64,000 bases of DNA from an uncultured Actinomycetota bacterium (GCA_963808345.1 CAWEFM010000001.1:472884-536883), one strand, 5' to 3'. Counted from the first letter of the stretch, positions 28,825-39,153 are shown. Made by a program: numbers and translations. The notes: generated from the sequence alone by a model not told the origin.

Positions 28825-29181
28825 ATGCCAACCGGGTCAGCACGGCTACACACAGAACTGTCCCGAGTCGCCGGCAGCGGAGGCCCGGCGGCACCTTCGG
28901 CACGGACCGCGCTCGGCGATGGGCCGGTGGCCTCGCGGCTGCAGGCGGCGATCCTGGCGCTGGCACAGCACCGTGCTCCGGGAGGCAGCATCTGTCCCTC
29001 CGATGCCGCCCGGGCCGTGGGCGGCGAAAACTGGCGTGAACTGACCACCCAAAGCCGGGAAACCGCCGTCAAGTTGGCCCGAGCCGGAGACGTGCAGATT
29101 CTGCAGGGCGGCGTTGTGCGCGATCCGCACCGGCCGATGCGCGGGCCTATCCGCATCCGCGCCGCGGGGCAAGATTCATGA
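28825..29181 (+). CDS. DUF3253 family protein
   Basis: SICPSDAARAV...GPIRIR motif. True start may be downstream. Confidence 0.8.
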   Translation: MPTGSARLHTELSRVAGSGGPAAPSARTALGDGPVASRLQAAILALAQHRAPGGSICPSDAARAVGGENWRELTTQSRETAVKLARAGDVQILQGGVVRDPHRPMRGPIRIRAAGQDS

Positions 29182-29678
29182 ACCCCTGGCCCAAGCCCGA
29201 CGTGCCGGGTCCCGGGCAGGAGTCTGTTTGGAACTACCCTCGCCCGCCGCGCTTGGAGCGGTTCACCGGCCAGATCACCGTAGAACTGGGCGATGAGATC
29301 ATCGCGTCGACGACTCGGGCCTGGCGGGTGCTGGAGACGAGTCACCCGCCCAGCTACTACCTGCCTCGTGACGCTTTCGCCAAGAGCGTCTTACGTCCCG
29401 CCAGTGGGTCGTCGTGGTGCGAATGGAAGGGCCGGGCCGCCTACTACGATCTGGTGACGGCGGCCCGACAGGCGGCCAGCGCCGCATGGACCTACGACCA
29501 GCCCAACCCGCGGTTCGCCGAACTCGCGGGCGCCATCGCCGTGATGGCTGCCAACGTCGACCGCTGCACGGTGAACGGCGAACAGGTGACGGCGCAACCC
29601 GGCGGCTTCTACGGCGGTTGGGTCAACAGCTGGATCACCGGGCCGTTCAAGGGAGGACCCGGCTCCTTCGGGTGGTAG
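29178..29678 (+). CDS. DUF427 family protein
   Basis: ESVWNYPRPP, LETSHPP, CEWKG and FYGGW motifs. Confidence 0.9.
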   Translation: MNPWPKPDVPGPGQESVWNYPRPPRLERFTGQITVELGDEIIASTTRAWRVLETSHPPSYYLPRDAFAKSVLRPASGSSWCEWKGRAAYYDLVTAARQAASAAWTYDQPNPRFAELAGAIAVMAANVDRCTVNGEQVTAQPGGFYGGWVNSWITGPFKGGPGSFGW

Positions 29679-29785
29679 CCGTTCTGTTACGTCGACCACT
29701 CAACAACTAGAAACACACGCGTTCCCAAGGTGACCGAAAACACTCCCAACGCCGCCGTTGCCAATCCACAGCTGGGCCTATATTC

Positions 29786-29805
29786 TTAACTATTAACTTC
29801 CTGAA
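29786..29805. promoter_or_regulatory. Operator-like box TTAA-N3-TTAA-N5-TGAA upstream of ANTAR-qcrB
   Basis: TTAACTATTAACTTCCTGAA. Confidence 0.65.
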
Positions 29806-29929
29806 ATTGTTCGCTGTTGCGCGCAAGATCGGGGAGGGACACATGACCTTTGCTCTGGGGCGGAGTTGAAGCGTCGGCGACCGTCAAGTTGACGGTCGTC
29901 GCCGCTTGCCTAGCTGCGAAAGGGATTCC

Positions 29930-30673
29930 GTGGTCAATCAGGCCAGTGTGGCGTCGCTCAAACCGGGCGACTCGATCCTGATTCGGATGAGCGATCTGGT
30001 CCGGGATCTGGAGAGCCAGGTCGGCAGCGACTTCAGTTTGGGATCGACCCTCGATGAGCTGACCTTGAATGCGGCGCAACTTGTTCCCGGCGCGGCGTAT
30101 GCGGGTATCACGGTCAGGACGAGAACTGGTGACATTGATACCGTCGCGGCCACCGACCGTTATCCGGTCCTGCTCGACGATATTCAGCGCAGTTACAACG
30201 AAGGGCCGTGTCTGTTTGCGGCTCAGCACGATCACCTTGTTCGGGTGGACGATCTGCGTACCGAGGACCGCTGGCCGCGGTATTCCCGCGAAGCGGTGGC
30301 CACGACGCCGATTCGCTCGGTGATGTCTTTGCAATTGTTTGCTCACCGCCCCAGCTCCGCGTCGTTGAACCTGTACTCAGAGCACGTCAAAGCGTTCGGT
30401 GCGGAGTCGGCGACCTTGGGGTTGGTCTTCGCCGCGTACACGACGTTGACGTGGAGCATGTTGAGCCGTGATCAGCAGTTCAGAAAAGGGCTGAGCTCTC
30501 GGGACACGATCGGTCAAGCCAAGGGCATTCTGATGGAGCGCTTTCATATCAGTGCCGAGGCCGCATTCGAGCTGCTCAAGCGGCGCTCGCAAGAGTCCAA
30601 CACGCCTGTCATCGCGATCGCTCGTCGACTCACCGACCCCGGCGAGCGGGACTTCTGGAAGCCTGCGTCATGA
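29930..30673 (+). CDS. GAF-ANTAR domain protein
   Basis: [13 protein letters not shown] and LNLY GAF motifs, [15 protein letters not shown]...AFELL...SQ ANTAR. Start at 29930 or 29987. Confidence 0.9.
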   Translation: MVNQASVASLKPGDSILIRMSDLVRDLESQVGSDFSLGSTLDELTLNAAQLVPGAAYAGITVRTRTGDIDTVAATDRYPVLLDDIQRSYNEGPCLFAAQHDHLVRVDDLRTEDRWPRYSREAVATTPIRSVMSLQLFAHRPSSASLNLYSEHVKAFGAESATLGLVFAAYTTLTWSMLSRDQQFRKGLSSRDTIGQAKGILMERFHISAEAAFELLKRRSQESNTPVIAIARRLTDPGERDFWKPAS

Positions 30674-32382
30674 GTGTGAAAATCAGTGCGCCGAAGCTGG
30701 ACGTAGGCGCGGTGCTGGCCCGGCAGGGCGATGACATCGACTCGCGGTATCACCCGTCGGCGGCGGTGCGGCGGCAACTGAACAAGGTGTTCCCGACGCA
30801 CTGGTCGTTCTTGCTGGGCGAGATCGCGCTCTACAGCTTCATCGTGTTGCTGCTCACCGGCGTGTACCTCACGTTGTTCTTCGACCCGTCGATGACCGAG
30901 GTGACCTATAACGGCGTCTACCAGCCGCTGCGCGGTGTGGAGATGTCGAAGGCCTACGCGTCGACGTTGGACATCAGCTTCGAGGTGCGCGGCGGCTTGT
31001 TCGTGCGGCAGGTGCACCACTGGGCGGCGTTGCTGTTCGCCGCGTCGATCATGGTGCACCTGGCGCGGGTGTTCTTCACCGGAGCGTTCCGCCGGCCGCG
31101 GGAGGCCAACTGGGTGATCGGGTCGCTGCTGCTGATCCTGGCGATGTTCGAGGGCTTCTTCGGTTATTCGCTGCCCGACGACCTGCTTTCCGGCACCGGT
31201 ATCCGCGCAGCGCTGTCCGGGATCACGATGAGTATTCCGGTGGTCGGAACCTGGTTGCACTGGGCGTTGTTCGGTGGCGACTTCCCGGGCACGGTGCTGA
31301 TGCCGCGGTTGTATGCCATTCACATCCTGCTGTTCCCCGGCATCATCCTGGCCTTGATCGGCGTCCACTTGGCGATGGTCTGGTTCCAGAAGCACACCCA
31401 GTTTCCCGGGCCCGGACGTACCGAGACCAACGTCGTCGGGGTGCGGGTGATGCCAGTGTTCGCGGTCAAGTCTGGCGCGTTCTTCGCCCTGACCGTGGCA
31501 GTGCTCGGCTTGATGGGGGGGTTGTTGCAGATCAACCCGATCTGGAATATGGGCCCCTACAAGCCTTCACAGGTGTCGGCGGGTTCGCAGCCGGACTTCT
31601 ACATGATGTGGACTGACGGCTTGATCCGCATCTTCCCGCCCTGGGAAATCTATTTCGGCCACCACACGGTTCCGCAGTCGGTCTGGGTGGCGTTGCTGAT
31701 GGGTGTGATCCTCGGGCTGTTGACGGTGTATCCGTTCCTGGAGAGGCGGTTTGCCCGGGACGATGCCCACCACAACCTGCTGCAACGGCCGCGCGACGTG
31801 CCGGTGCGCACTGCGGTGGGGTCAATGGCGATCGCCCTGTACATCGTGCTGACCTACAGCGCGATGAACGACATCATCGCCTACAAGTTCCACGTCTCGC
31901 TCAACGCCACAACCTGGGTCGGGCGTATCGGCATGGTGGTGGTGCCGCCGCTGGTCTACTTTGTCACCTACCGCTGGTGCGTTGCTTTGCAACGCAGCGA
32001 CCGCCAAGTGCTCGAGCACGGTATCGAGACCGGCATCATCAAACGCCTGCCACACGGCGCTTACATCGAACTGCACCAGCCCCTCGGCCCGGTCGACGGC
32101 CACGGCCATCCGCTGCCGCTGACCTACCAGGGCACCGCACTGCCGAAGAAGATGAACAAATTGGGCTCGGCCGGTACTCCCGGTCACGGCAGCCTGTTGC
32201 GCGCCGACCCTGCGGGCGAGGACGCCGCCTTGCGCCGCGCCGTCCACACCGGCGAACAGCGTGCCCTCACCGCCCTACGGGAACATCAGCACACCAACGG
32301 CTCGGGCAACGGCTCAAGCAATCACTCGAGCAATGGATCCACTAACGGTCACCGCAACGGGCGCGGCGGCTCCGACGGTTAA
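30670..32382 (+). CDS. qcrB: Cytochrome bcc complex cytochrome b subunit, stand-alone paralog
   Basis: KVFPTHWSF, heme-ligand His residues (HHWAA, VHLAR, IHIL, VHLA) and [12 protein letters not shown]. No qcrC/qcrA adjacent. Confidence 0.95.
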   Translation: MSVKISAPKLDVGAVLARQGDDIDSRYHPSAAVRRQLNKVFPTHWSFLLGEIALYSFIVLLLTGVYLTLFFDPSMTEVTYNGVYQPLRGVEMSKAYASTLDISFEVRGGLFVRQVHHWAALLFAASIMVHLARVFFTGAFRRPREANWVIGSLLLILAMFEGFFGYSLPDDLLSGTGIRAALSGITMSIPVVGTWLHWALFGGDFPGTVLMPRLYAIHILLFPGIILALIGVHLAMVWFQKHTQFPGPGRTETNVVGVRVMPVFAVKSGAFFALTVAVLGLMGGLLQINPIWNMGPYKPSQVSAGSQPDFYMMWTDGLIRIFPPWEIYFGHHTVPQSVWVALLMGVILGLLTVYPFLERRFARDDAHHNLLQRPRDVPVRTAVGSMAIALYIVLTYSAMNDIIAYKFHVSLNATTWVGRIGMVVVPPLVYFVTYRWCVALQRSDRQVLEHGIETGIIKRLPHGAYIELHQPLGPVDGHGHPLPLTYQGTALPKKMNKLGSAGTPGHGSLLRADPAGEDAALRRAVHTGEQRALTALREHQHTNGSGNGSSNHSSNGSTNGHRNGRGGSDG

Positions 32383-32797
32383 GACGGTGTAACAACTCAG
32401 CGCGCGGCAACCGCAATACAGCGCAACGTCGTCAACGCCGTGCGCTGGCGTGGGGGGACGTCGCGTGCGCCGACGCCGGTATGCGCAATCGCGATCAGGC
32501 CGCAGACTACACGGGTGGGGCGTTGGGGTTGCAGTCGAAACCGTCGGGCCGGCAAAGGGATCGGTGGTAGCGAGTCACTGAGGTTCAGTTGCCGGCGAAC
32601 GCCCGGTATCGCTGTGACAGCACCGGCTGACGTGTCAACGGGCTCGGCAAACCAGTGCAGTGCCGGTCCAGGCCTGCGCCCGATCAGCAATCAGCCAAGC
32701 CCAGCAGGGTAATTTATTCGAAGACCACGCCCGGAATTTAGTGACAAGATGGGAAACGACGTCGGACGGGGAACATGAACCTACGAGGGTTGTATTC

Positions 32798-33190
32798 GTG
32801 ACTATTAGGCAACGCACAACGGCGATTACGTTCTGGGGTGGGGCGGCCGCAGTTGTCTTCGCAGTGGCGTACTCCGGCGGTCGCATACAGCCGGCCGGTG
32901 CGGAGACGGGATTTGCCGCGGCGAGCGCTTCGTCAAGTTCAGCGAGGGCGACGCCCGCTCCCGTGTCCCAACCTTTGCCCGAAGCTCCCGATGGCGGAAG
33001 GGCCGGCGGCGCGATCCCGGTGCAGCCGGCCGGCGGGGGAGGATGCATCATCGGCCTGAACTGCGGGTGCACTCAACGTTCGCTTTCCTGCAGTCGGGGG
33101 CACGCCAGGCCGCGCGCCGGTGTGAACCGCAATGTGCCACCGCCTGCTCCTCCGCCGGAAGCCGGTCCCGACGGCCCGCCGCCGCCCTGA
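32798..33190 (+). CDS. Hypothetical exported Pro-rich protein with CIIGLNCGC motif
   Basis: N-terminal hydrophobic segment, GGGGCIIGLNCGC and a Pro-rich tail. Confidence 0.65.
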   Translation: MTIRQRTTAITFWGGAAAVVFAVAYSGGRIQPAGAETGFAAASASSSSARATPAPVSQPLPEAPDGGRAGGAIPVQPAGGGGCIIGLNCGCTQRSLSCSRGHARPRAGVNRNVPPPAPPPEAGPDGPPPP

Positions 33191-33519
33191 CAACGAGGGT
33201 GTGACGACGAGATTTCACCGACCGGTGCTGAGGGCAAAATCACGCTGAAGATCGCGCGCCGACCGGGCCCGGAGTGGTTGGGGCACTGTCGTTCCGGGTA
33301 ATCGAACCGCCATGGGTGAATGGGCGCAGTCAGATGGCCGTGCGATGGACCGGGTCAGAAACCGTGTTCGGATCTCGCCGGTCCCGGATGCAGCAGGGAC
33401 GTTAGCGCCGGGCCCAGAAGCGGTCCTGCCGAGACGCTGAGCATCAGCAGGCGGAGGGCGGAGCAGGAAGTGCCGTCTCCATAGCATTGGTCCGATTCCT
33501 TTGGGCAGGAGAAGTCAGT

Positions 33520-33831
33520 ATGGGCGATAACGCAGCAGACCCTATCGATCATCACCGCACGACTCGTGCGCACGCCGGTCAGAACATGAAGAACACCGCG
33601 GCGATGCCGGGACTGGTGTTCGTCGTGTTCGCAGTTACCGCCTTTGTCCTCGCCTTGGCTTCCTTGGCGAGCCGGCACTACCATGCGGCCGAGATATGCG
33701 TCGGTGTGGCCGTTGCTGCGGCGGTGATAGCATCGAGTTGGCTTTACGCCCAACGCAGACGGGTGCGCACCGTTGAAGATGAGTGGATGAAAGAGCACCC
33801 TGAGGCGGCGCCGGCTCCACCGGACAGCTGA
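33520..33831 (+). CDS. usfY: UsfY-like membrane protein
   Basis: DPIDHHRTTRAHAG..MK...MPG followed by two TM helices. Confidence 0.8.
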   Translation: MGDNAADPIDHHRTTRAHAGQNMKNTAAMPGLVFVVFAVTAFVLALASLASRHYHAAEICVGVAVAAAVIASSWLYAQRRRVRTVEDEWMKEHPEAAPAPPDS

Positions 33832-33875
33832 CGCGGCTGATTGGGAGAGCCGCCCGGCAGCTACAGTCCTCGCGG

Positions 33876-34211
33876 TTACTTCTTCAGGGGGTCGTGGCCC
33901 CAATTCATCAGTGAGTATCGCCATCTGGTGTCCCCGACACCTCCCGAGGGCTGCTGCTTGAGGTGCCGCTTCGCGTAGCCGACAACCTTGCGCATATGGG
34001 CGTAATCGTCTTTTGTCAGTTCACTTTCCTTCGATTTCAGGATTGCGATGATGTGTCGTCCGCTGGCGTGTCCAGTGGATTCCTTGCCACCGGATTTCTG
34101 GCCGACCTCCTTCGATTCGTCGGTCTTAAGCCACTTTTCGAGTTCGGAAGCCGTCATGTTGACGGTCTTGCGGAACTCTTCCCAAGCTTGATTGTCGTCA
34201 TCCGAAGGCAT
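33876..34211 (-). CDS. DUF3140 family protein
   Basis: VNMTASELEKWL...WRYSLMNWGHDPLK. Confidence 0.9.
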   Translation of the reverse strand: MPSDDDNQAWEEFRKTVNMTASELEKWLKTDESKEVGQKSGGKESTGHASGRHIIAILKSKESELTKDDYAHMRKVVGYAKRHLKQQPSGGVGDTRWRYSLMNWGHDPLKK

Positions 34212-34241
34212 CGACGCTCTCCCAGTTCAGAAGTGTTGTGG

Positions 34242-34463
34242 CTACTTCTTATCAGGCTTCAAAGCATTCGGCTTGTGCACCGCGTCGGCGCCGGTCTTGT
34301 CACTTTCCACCCGGTACTGCGGATCGTCCTTCGCGGCGCGAACCTGTCGGCCGCCGGCCTTCGTGTCGCTGGTGATCTTCTCTTCGACGGTGCCTTTCAC
34401 GTTCTGACCGTGACTTTTCCACTGCACCTTGTCACCTTTTTTGAAGTCTTTCTCGCCCATCAT
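34242..34463 (-). CDS. DUF2945 / HVA1-like Tudor domain protein
   Basis: FKKGDKVQWKSH...YRVESDKTG..AVHKP.AL with GAAAGGA RBS. Confidence 0.85.
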   Translation of the reverse strand: MMGEKDFKKGDKVQWKSHGQNVKGTVEEKITSDTKAGGRQVRAAKDDPQYRVESDKTGADAVHKPNALKPDKK

Positions 34464-34585
34464 GTTCCTTTCGTTTTGCGGAAAGTGGTCTGCGCGGATC
34501 AGACATGGTTTACCCGATGCGTGGGTAAGCAATCGCCTGGCAGCGGTTGTTGTAAAGCAACATCTGCAACCCAGTCAGTTGCCAG

Positions 34586-34619
34586 TTGACACAAAAATCT
34601 TAAATATTAAGCTAGTGAA
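34586..34619 (+). promoter_or_regulatory. SigA-type promoter TTGACA-N16-TAAGCT overlapped by operator TTAA-N3-TTAA-N5-TGAA
   Basis: TTGACA at 34586-34591, TAAGCT at 34608-34613, operator at 34600-34619. Confidence 0.7.
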
Positions 34620-34648
34620 ATAGCTCGGCTGTAACGGAGGGGTGAACG

Positions 34649-36178
34649 ATGCGCTGCGTCGTGTTCGGCGCCACCGGATACCTCGGTACCCGGCTGGTTC
34701 CCGAGTTGATTTCGGCCGGCCACGACGTGCGTGTGATGGCGCGCACTCCGGCCAAACTAGACGCCGTGCCTTGGCGTCAGCACGTGCAGGTGGTCGAGGG
34801 CGACGTCACCGACGCCGAGCAGGTGCGGCAAGCCCTGGAGGGTCAGGAGGTCCTCTACTACCTCGTGCACTCGATGCTCAAGTCGGACTTCGTCGACACC
34901 GATGCGCGGGCGGCTGCGACCGTCGCGCACGCTGCCACTGACGCCGAGTTGTCCCGCATCGTGTACATGGGCGGCATCATCGCCAAGGATCAGCAGCTGT
35001 CCGATCACCTCGCCTCGCGTGCCGAGGTGGGGCGGTTGCTGATGGAATCCGGTGTGCCCACTGTCGAGCTGCGAGCGGCGGTGATCACCGGTGCGGGGTC
35101 GGCGAGTTTCGAGATGCTGCGCTACCTGACCGAACGGCTACCCGTGATGATTATGCCGCGCTGGCTGCGCACCACGGTGCAGCCGATCGCGGTACGCGAC
35201 GTGTTGTATTACCTCGTGCACGCCGCCGCTCTGCCCCCGGAAGTCAACCGGCCCTTCGACATCGGCGGCCCGGACAGGTTCACCTACACCGAGATGAGCC
35301 GGAAGTATGCCGCAGTCGCGGCGCTGCCGCGCCGGTTCGCGATCCCGGTACCGGTGCTCACACCGAAGTTGTCTTCGCATTGGGTCAACTTCGTCACCCC
35401 GATTCCGCGCGAGCTGGCGGCGTCGCTGATGGACTCCTTGAAAAACGACGTGGTCTGCGCCGAACACGACATTGCGGAACACGTCCCCGATCCAGCGGGG
35501 GGGCTAACTGCGTACGAAGAGTCCGTCGAGCTGGCCCTGGCCGGCGCGCGAGAGGACGACTTGCGCACTCGCTGGTCTCGGCCCGACGCCGATAAAGCAC
35601 CGTCGCGCCCGCTGCCCACTGATCCGGAGTGGTCGGGTGGCTCGCTTCATCAAGACGTACGCGAACGCCAGGTTCAGACCGATCCTGAAACACTCTGGCG
35701 TGCAATCGAAATCAACGTCGCCGAGTCGATCGGTGCGGAACGCAGCCGGTCGGCGGCGTCGTTGGCGTGGGCGTTGCGCGGGTGGACCGGCCAACTGTCC
35801 GGCCGGGCTGGTCGCAGCGGACGGCAATCCCACCGCCTGCAATCCGGTGCGGCACTGACCGGGTGGAGTGTCGAGCAGATCGCACCGCCGCACCTGCTGC
35901 GGCTGCGGGCGGAGGCCCGGCTGCCCGGGCGGCTCTGGCTCGAGTTGTCCGTGCACGCCCACCATGATCAGGGCGCCGTTCTGCGGGAACGCGTGCTGTT
36001 CCAGCCGCACGGCCTCAGCGGTGAATCATTCTGGCGAGCTTGCGCACCGCTCCGATACGCCATCTTCAGCGGCATCGCCCGCAGCGTCAGCCGTGGCGCC
36101 GCACAGCTCAGTAAGCCAGCACCGGGGAACTTGTCGGCGGTGCACGCAACCGGCCAGACGGTGCCCTCCGACGTCTGA
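34649..36178 (+). CDS. Atypical SDR / NAD-binding protein with DUF2867-like C-terminus (YbjT-like)
   Basis: GATGYLG, YYLVHS, GSASFEMLRYL and EARLPGRLWLE motifs. Confidence 0.88.
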   Translation: MRCVVFGATGYLGTRLVPELISAGHDVRVMARTPAKLDAVPWRQHVQVVEGDVTDAEQVRQALEGQEVLYYLVHSMLKSDFVDTDARAAATVAHAATDAELSRIVYMGGIIAKDQQLSDHLASRAEVGRLLMESGVPTVELRAAVITGAGSASFEMLRYLTERLPVMIMPRWLRTTVQPIAVRDVLYYLVHAAALPPEVNRPFDIGGPDRFTYTEMSRKYAAVAALPRRFAIPVPVLTPKLSSHWVNFVTPIPRELAASLMDSLKNDVVCAEHDIAEHVPDPAGGLTAYEESVELALAGAREDDLRTRWSRPDADKAPSRPLPTDPEWSGGSLHQDVRERQVQTDPETLWRAIEINVAESIGAERSRSAASLAWALRGWTGQLSGRAGRSGRQSHRLQSGAALTGWSVEQIAPPHLLRLRAEARLPGRLWLELSVHAHHDQGAVLRERVLFQPHGLSGESFWRACAPLRYAIFSGIARSVSRGAAQLSKPAPGNLSAVHATGQTVPSDV

Positions 36179-36193
36179 CAAGCGGAGACGGCA

Positions 36194-37675
36194 ATGACTT
36201 TCGTTGATAGGCGTTGGTGCTTCGCCGATCAACTGGGCCGGCACTTCCTCGACGATCCCGGCCAGCCTGTGCTTTTGATCGAATCCCGGGCCGTCTTCGG
36301 GCGTCGGCGCTTTCACCGCCGCAAAGCACATCTGGTCCTTTCCGCGCTGCGCCACCGCGCTGCCGAACTCGGCGAGCAGGCGCAGTTCTTTCAAACCGGC
36401 ACCTATCGGGAAGCTCTCGACCAAGTGCGTGACCCGGTCAGCGTGTGTGGGCCCACTTCCTGGGCGGCTCAGCGCTTCGTGCATGCGTTGCCGACCGTCG
36501 AGGTGCTTCCCGAGCGCGGATTCTGCACCGACCGGGCGACATTCGAACACTGGGCGGGCAACCAACGCAGCCTGTTGCTGGAGAACTTCTACCGCGATTC
36601 GCGTCGCCGCTTCGACTTGCTCATGGACGGCAACCAGCCGGTCGCCAATCGATGGAACTTTGATGCCGACAACCGGGAGGCTCCGCCGAAAGACACCGAT
36701 CGCATGGCTGTTCCGAGGCCGTGGTGGCCCGAAGAGGACGAGATCGACGAAGCAGTCCGCGCCGATCTGGACCGCTGGGAACGCGACGGGCAGGCGTCGT
36801 TCGTCGGGCGTGACGGTCCGCGAGAGTTCGCCGTGACCACTGCTGAAGCTCAGCAAGCGTTTCAGGTGTTCCTCCGAGATCGCCTTCCGCAGTTCGGGCC
36901 GAAGCAGGACGCCATGCTGTCGGCCGACCCGTGGATGGCGCACAGCGCTTTGTCTGCCTCGATGAACCTGGGCCTACTCCACCCGTTGGACTGTGCCTAC
37001 GCGGCTCAAGACGCCTACAGCGACGGGCGGGCACCGCTGGCCAGCGTCGAGGGTTACATCCGGCAGATCGTCGGCTGGCGCGACTACATCTGGCACAACT
37101 ACTGGCACTTCGGCGAGGCTTACCGCCGCCGCAACGCGCTGGCGGCCCGCACGCAGCTGCCGCAATGGTTCACCGAGCTCGACGCGGACGCCGTGGCGGC
37201 GCGTTGCCTGCGCGACGTACTGGCTGACGTGCGCGAGCACGGTTGGGTGCATCACATTCCGCGCCTGATGGTGCTGTCGAACTACGCGCTGCAGCGCGGT
37301 TGGCAACCAGGTGCGGTAGCCGACTGGTTTCACCGCAGCTTCGTCGACGGCTACGACTGGGTGATGATCGGCAATGTCATCGGCATGTCTCAGCACGCGG
37401 ACGGCGGATTGTTGGCGACGAAGCCCTATGCCGCCGGCGGCGCCTACATCGACCGCATGAGTGATTACTGCGGGCGGTGCCGGTACCGCCCGGATCGCCG
37501 GGTCGGCGACGACGGCTGCCCGTTCACCGGCGGCTACTGGTTTTTCCTCGCCCGCAACGCCGAGCGGCTCGCCGGCAACCGCCGGATGTCTCGGCCGCTG
37601 TCCGGGATGCAGCGGCTCAAAGATCTGGACGAGGTGGTGGCCCAACAACAGCGGCTGGGCAACCGTCCGCCGTGA
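36194..37675 (+). CDS. FeS-containing bacterial cryptochrome/(6-4) photolyase (PhrB/CryB-like)
   Basis: DQL N-terminus, WNFDADNR, HHIPRLM, TKPYAAGGAYIDRMSDYCGRC and CPF motifs. Four conserved Cys. Confidence 0.92.
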   Translation: MTFVDRRWCFADQLGRHFLDDPGQPVLLIESRAVFGRRRFHRRKAHLVLSALRHRAAELGEQAQFFQTGTYREALDQVRDPVSVCGPTSWAAQRFVHALPTVEVLPERGFCTDRATFEHWAGNQRSLLLENFYRDSRRRFDLLMDGNQPVANRWNFDADNREAPPKDTDRMAVPRPWWPEEDEIDEAVRADLDRWERDGQASFVGRDGPREFAVTTAEAQQAFQVFLRDRLPQFGPKQDAMLSADPWMAHSALSASMNLGLLHPLDCAYAAQDAYSDGRAPLASVEGYIRQIVGWRDYIWHNYWHFGEAYRRRNALAARTQLPQWFTELDADAVAARCLRDVLADVREHGWVHHIPRLMVLSNYALQRGWQPGAVADWFHRSFVDGYDWVMIGNVIGMSQHADGGLLATKPYAAGGAYIDRMSDYCGRCRYRPDRRVGDDGCPFTGGYWFFLARNAERLAGNRRMSRPLSGMQRLKDLDEVVAQQQRLGNRPP

Positions 37676-37730
37676 TGCGTTGCCGGCGAACTTTTTTGCC
37701 ACACTATGCAACAGTACGGAAGGAGCCGAC

Positions 37731-39131
37731 ATGGCGGTGACGATGGCATTGTTCACTCGTGACCTGCGCGTGCACGACAATCCGGTCCTGGTTCACGCAG
37801 CCACGAACGGTGACGCGGTATTGCCGGTGTTCATCGTCGACCAGGCGATCACCTCCAGCAGCTATCTGAGCCCCAATAAAGCGAGCTTTCTCGCCGCGGC
37901 TCTCACCGAACTCGACGGTGAGTTGCGTCGCCGCGGCGGGCGGCTGATCGTGCGTCACGGGCCGGTGGTGGCAGAAGTGGAGCGGATGGTCGCCGAAATG
38001 TCGGTCTCCGAGGTCCATGTGGCTTCCGACGTGAGCAGCTATGCCCAGGACCGGGAGCAGCGGCTGCGGAATTGTCTGGCCGCTTACGGCTGCCGGCTCG
38101 AAGTGCACTCGTCAACCGTCACCGTGTCCGAACCTGGTGAGCTCAGGCCGCTCAATGGGCAGAACCACTTCGCAGTGTTCACTCCGTACTACCGCAAGTG
38201 GATCGCTGCTGAAACGCGCCGGGTGCTGCCTGCACCCGGGAAGCTCAATGTCGCTAGCACACAGAGTGATCCGCTGCCGCAGGCAACTCAATTAGCGGCC
38301 GGATCACCGTCACCTGAGCTGGCGGTGGGCGGGGAAACCACCGCCCGGCAGCTGGTGAAGAAGTGGCTGGCGGGTCCGGTGGACGAATACCATCTCATCC
38401 ACGACGACCTCGCCGCCGATGCGACGTCGCGGCTGTCGCCTTATCTGCATTTCGGCTGTTTCTCGCCCGTCGAACTGGTCTATCGCAGCCGATCGTCGAC
38501 GGACGGGTCTGCGGCGTTCATCCGTCAGCTTGCCTGGCGTGATTTCCACGCCCAGGTGCTGGCGGCCCGTCCCGACGCCGCGCGCGAGAATTACCGCAAC
38601 TCTGGCGGCGGTTGGCGCCACGATCCGACGATGTTCGACGCCTGGCGCCGCGGCTGCACCGGGTATCCGATCGTCGACGCCGGAATGCGCCAGCTGCAAG
38701 CTCAAGGATGGATGCACAACCGGGCCAGGCTGATTACCGGCAGTTTCTTGACGAAGACTTTGCAGCTCGACTGGCGGCTGGGCGCAGAACATTTCATGAG
38801 CCTGCTCGTCGACGGCGACGTGGCCAACAATCAGCTCAACTGGCAGTGGGTTGCCGGCACGGGTACGGACACCCGCCCCTACCGGGTGCTCAACCCGCTG
38901 CGTCAAGCCGAGCGGTTCGACCCCGACGGCGACTACGTGCGACGCTGGATTCCCGAACTCGCCCACCTCCCCGGCGCGCAGGTGCACAGCCCGTGGCTGC
39001 TGAAACCCGATGCGGCAACGGATTATCCGGAGCGCATCGTCGATCACCGCGAGGCCGTCGCCGCGGCGCGAATCAGCGGCGGCAGCACCCGGGCGGTCTC
39101 GGCGGCTTCGGGCAGCCACGGCCGGAACTGA
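37731..39131 (+). CDS. phr: Second CPD-type DNA photolyase
   Basis: FTRDLRVHDNP, TSRLSPYLHFG, GYPIVDAGMRQL and WMHNRARL motifs. GAAGGAG RBS. Confidence 0.92.
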   Translation: MAVTMALFTRDLRVHDNPVLVHAATNGDAVLPVFIVDQAITSSSYLSPNKASFLAAALTELDGELRRRGGRLIVRHGPVVAEVERMVAEMSVSEVHVASDVSSYAQDREQRLRNCLAAYGCRLEVHSSTVTVSEPGELRPLNGQNHFAVFTPYYRKWIAAETRRVLPAPGKLNVASTQSDPLPQATQLAAGSPSPELAVGGETTARQLVKKWLAGPVDEYHLIHDDLAADATSRLSPYLHFGCFSPVELVYRSRSSTDGSAAFIRQLAWRDFHAQVLAARPDAARENYRNSGGGWRHDPTMFDAWRRGCTGYPIVDAGMRQLQAQGWMHNRARLITGSFLTKTLQLDWRLGAEHFMSLLVDGDVANNQLNWQWVAGTGTDTRPYRVLNPLRQAERFDPDGDYVRRWIPELAHLPGAQVHSPWLLKPDAATDYPERIVDHREAVAAARISGGSTRAVSAASGSHGRN

Positions 39132-39153
39132 GCTGCGGCAGGAGTCGACAGAC

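Noticed and set aside
31585-31635. QcrB WTDG (Asp for Glu) as proof of telacebec resistance
   Set aside because: Asp at this position also occurs in other non-tuberculous mycobacteria. Resistance cannot be inferred from sequence alone.
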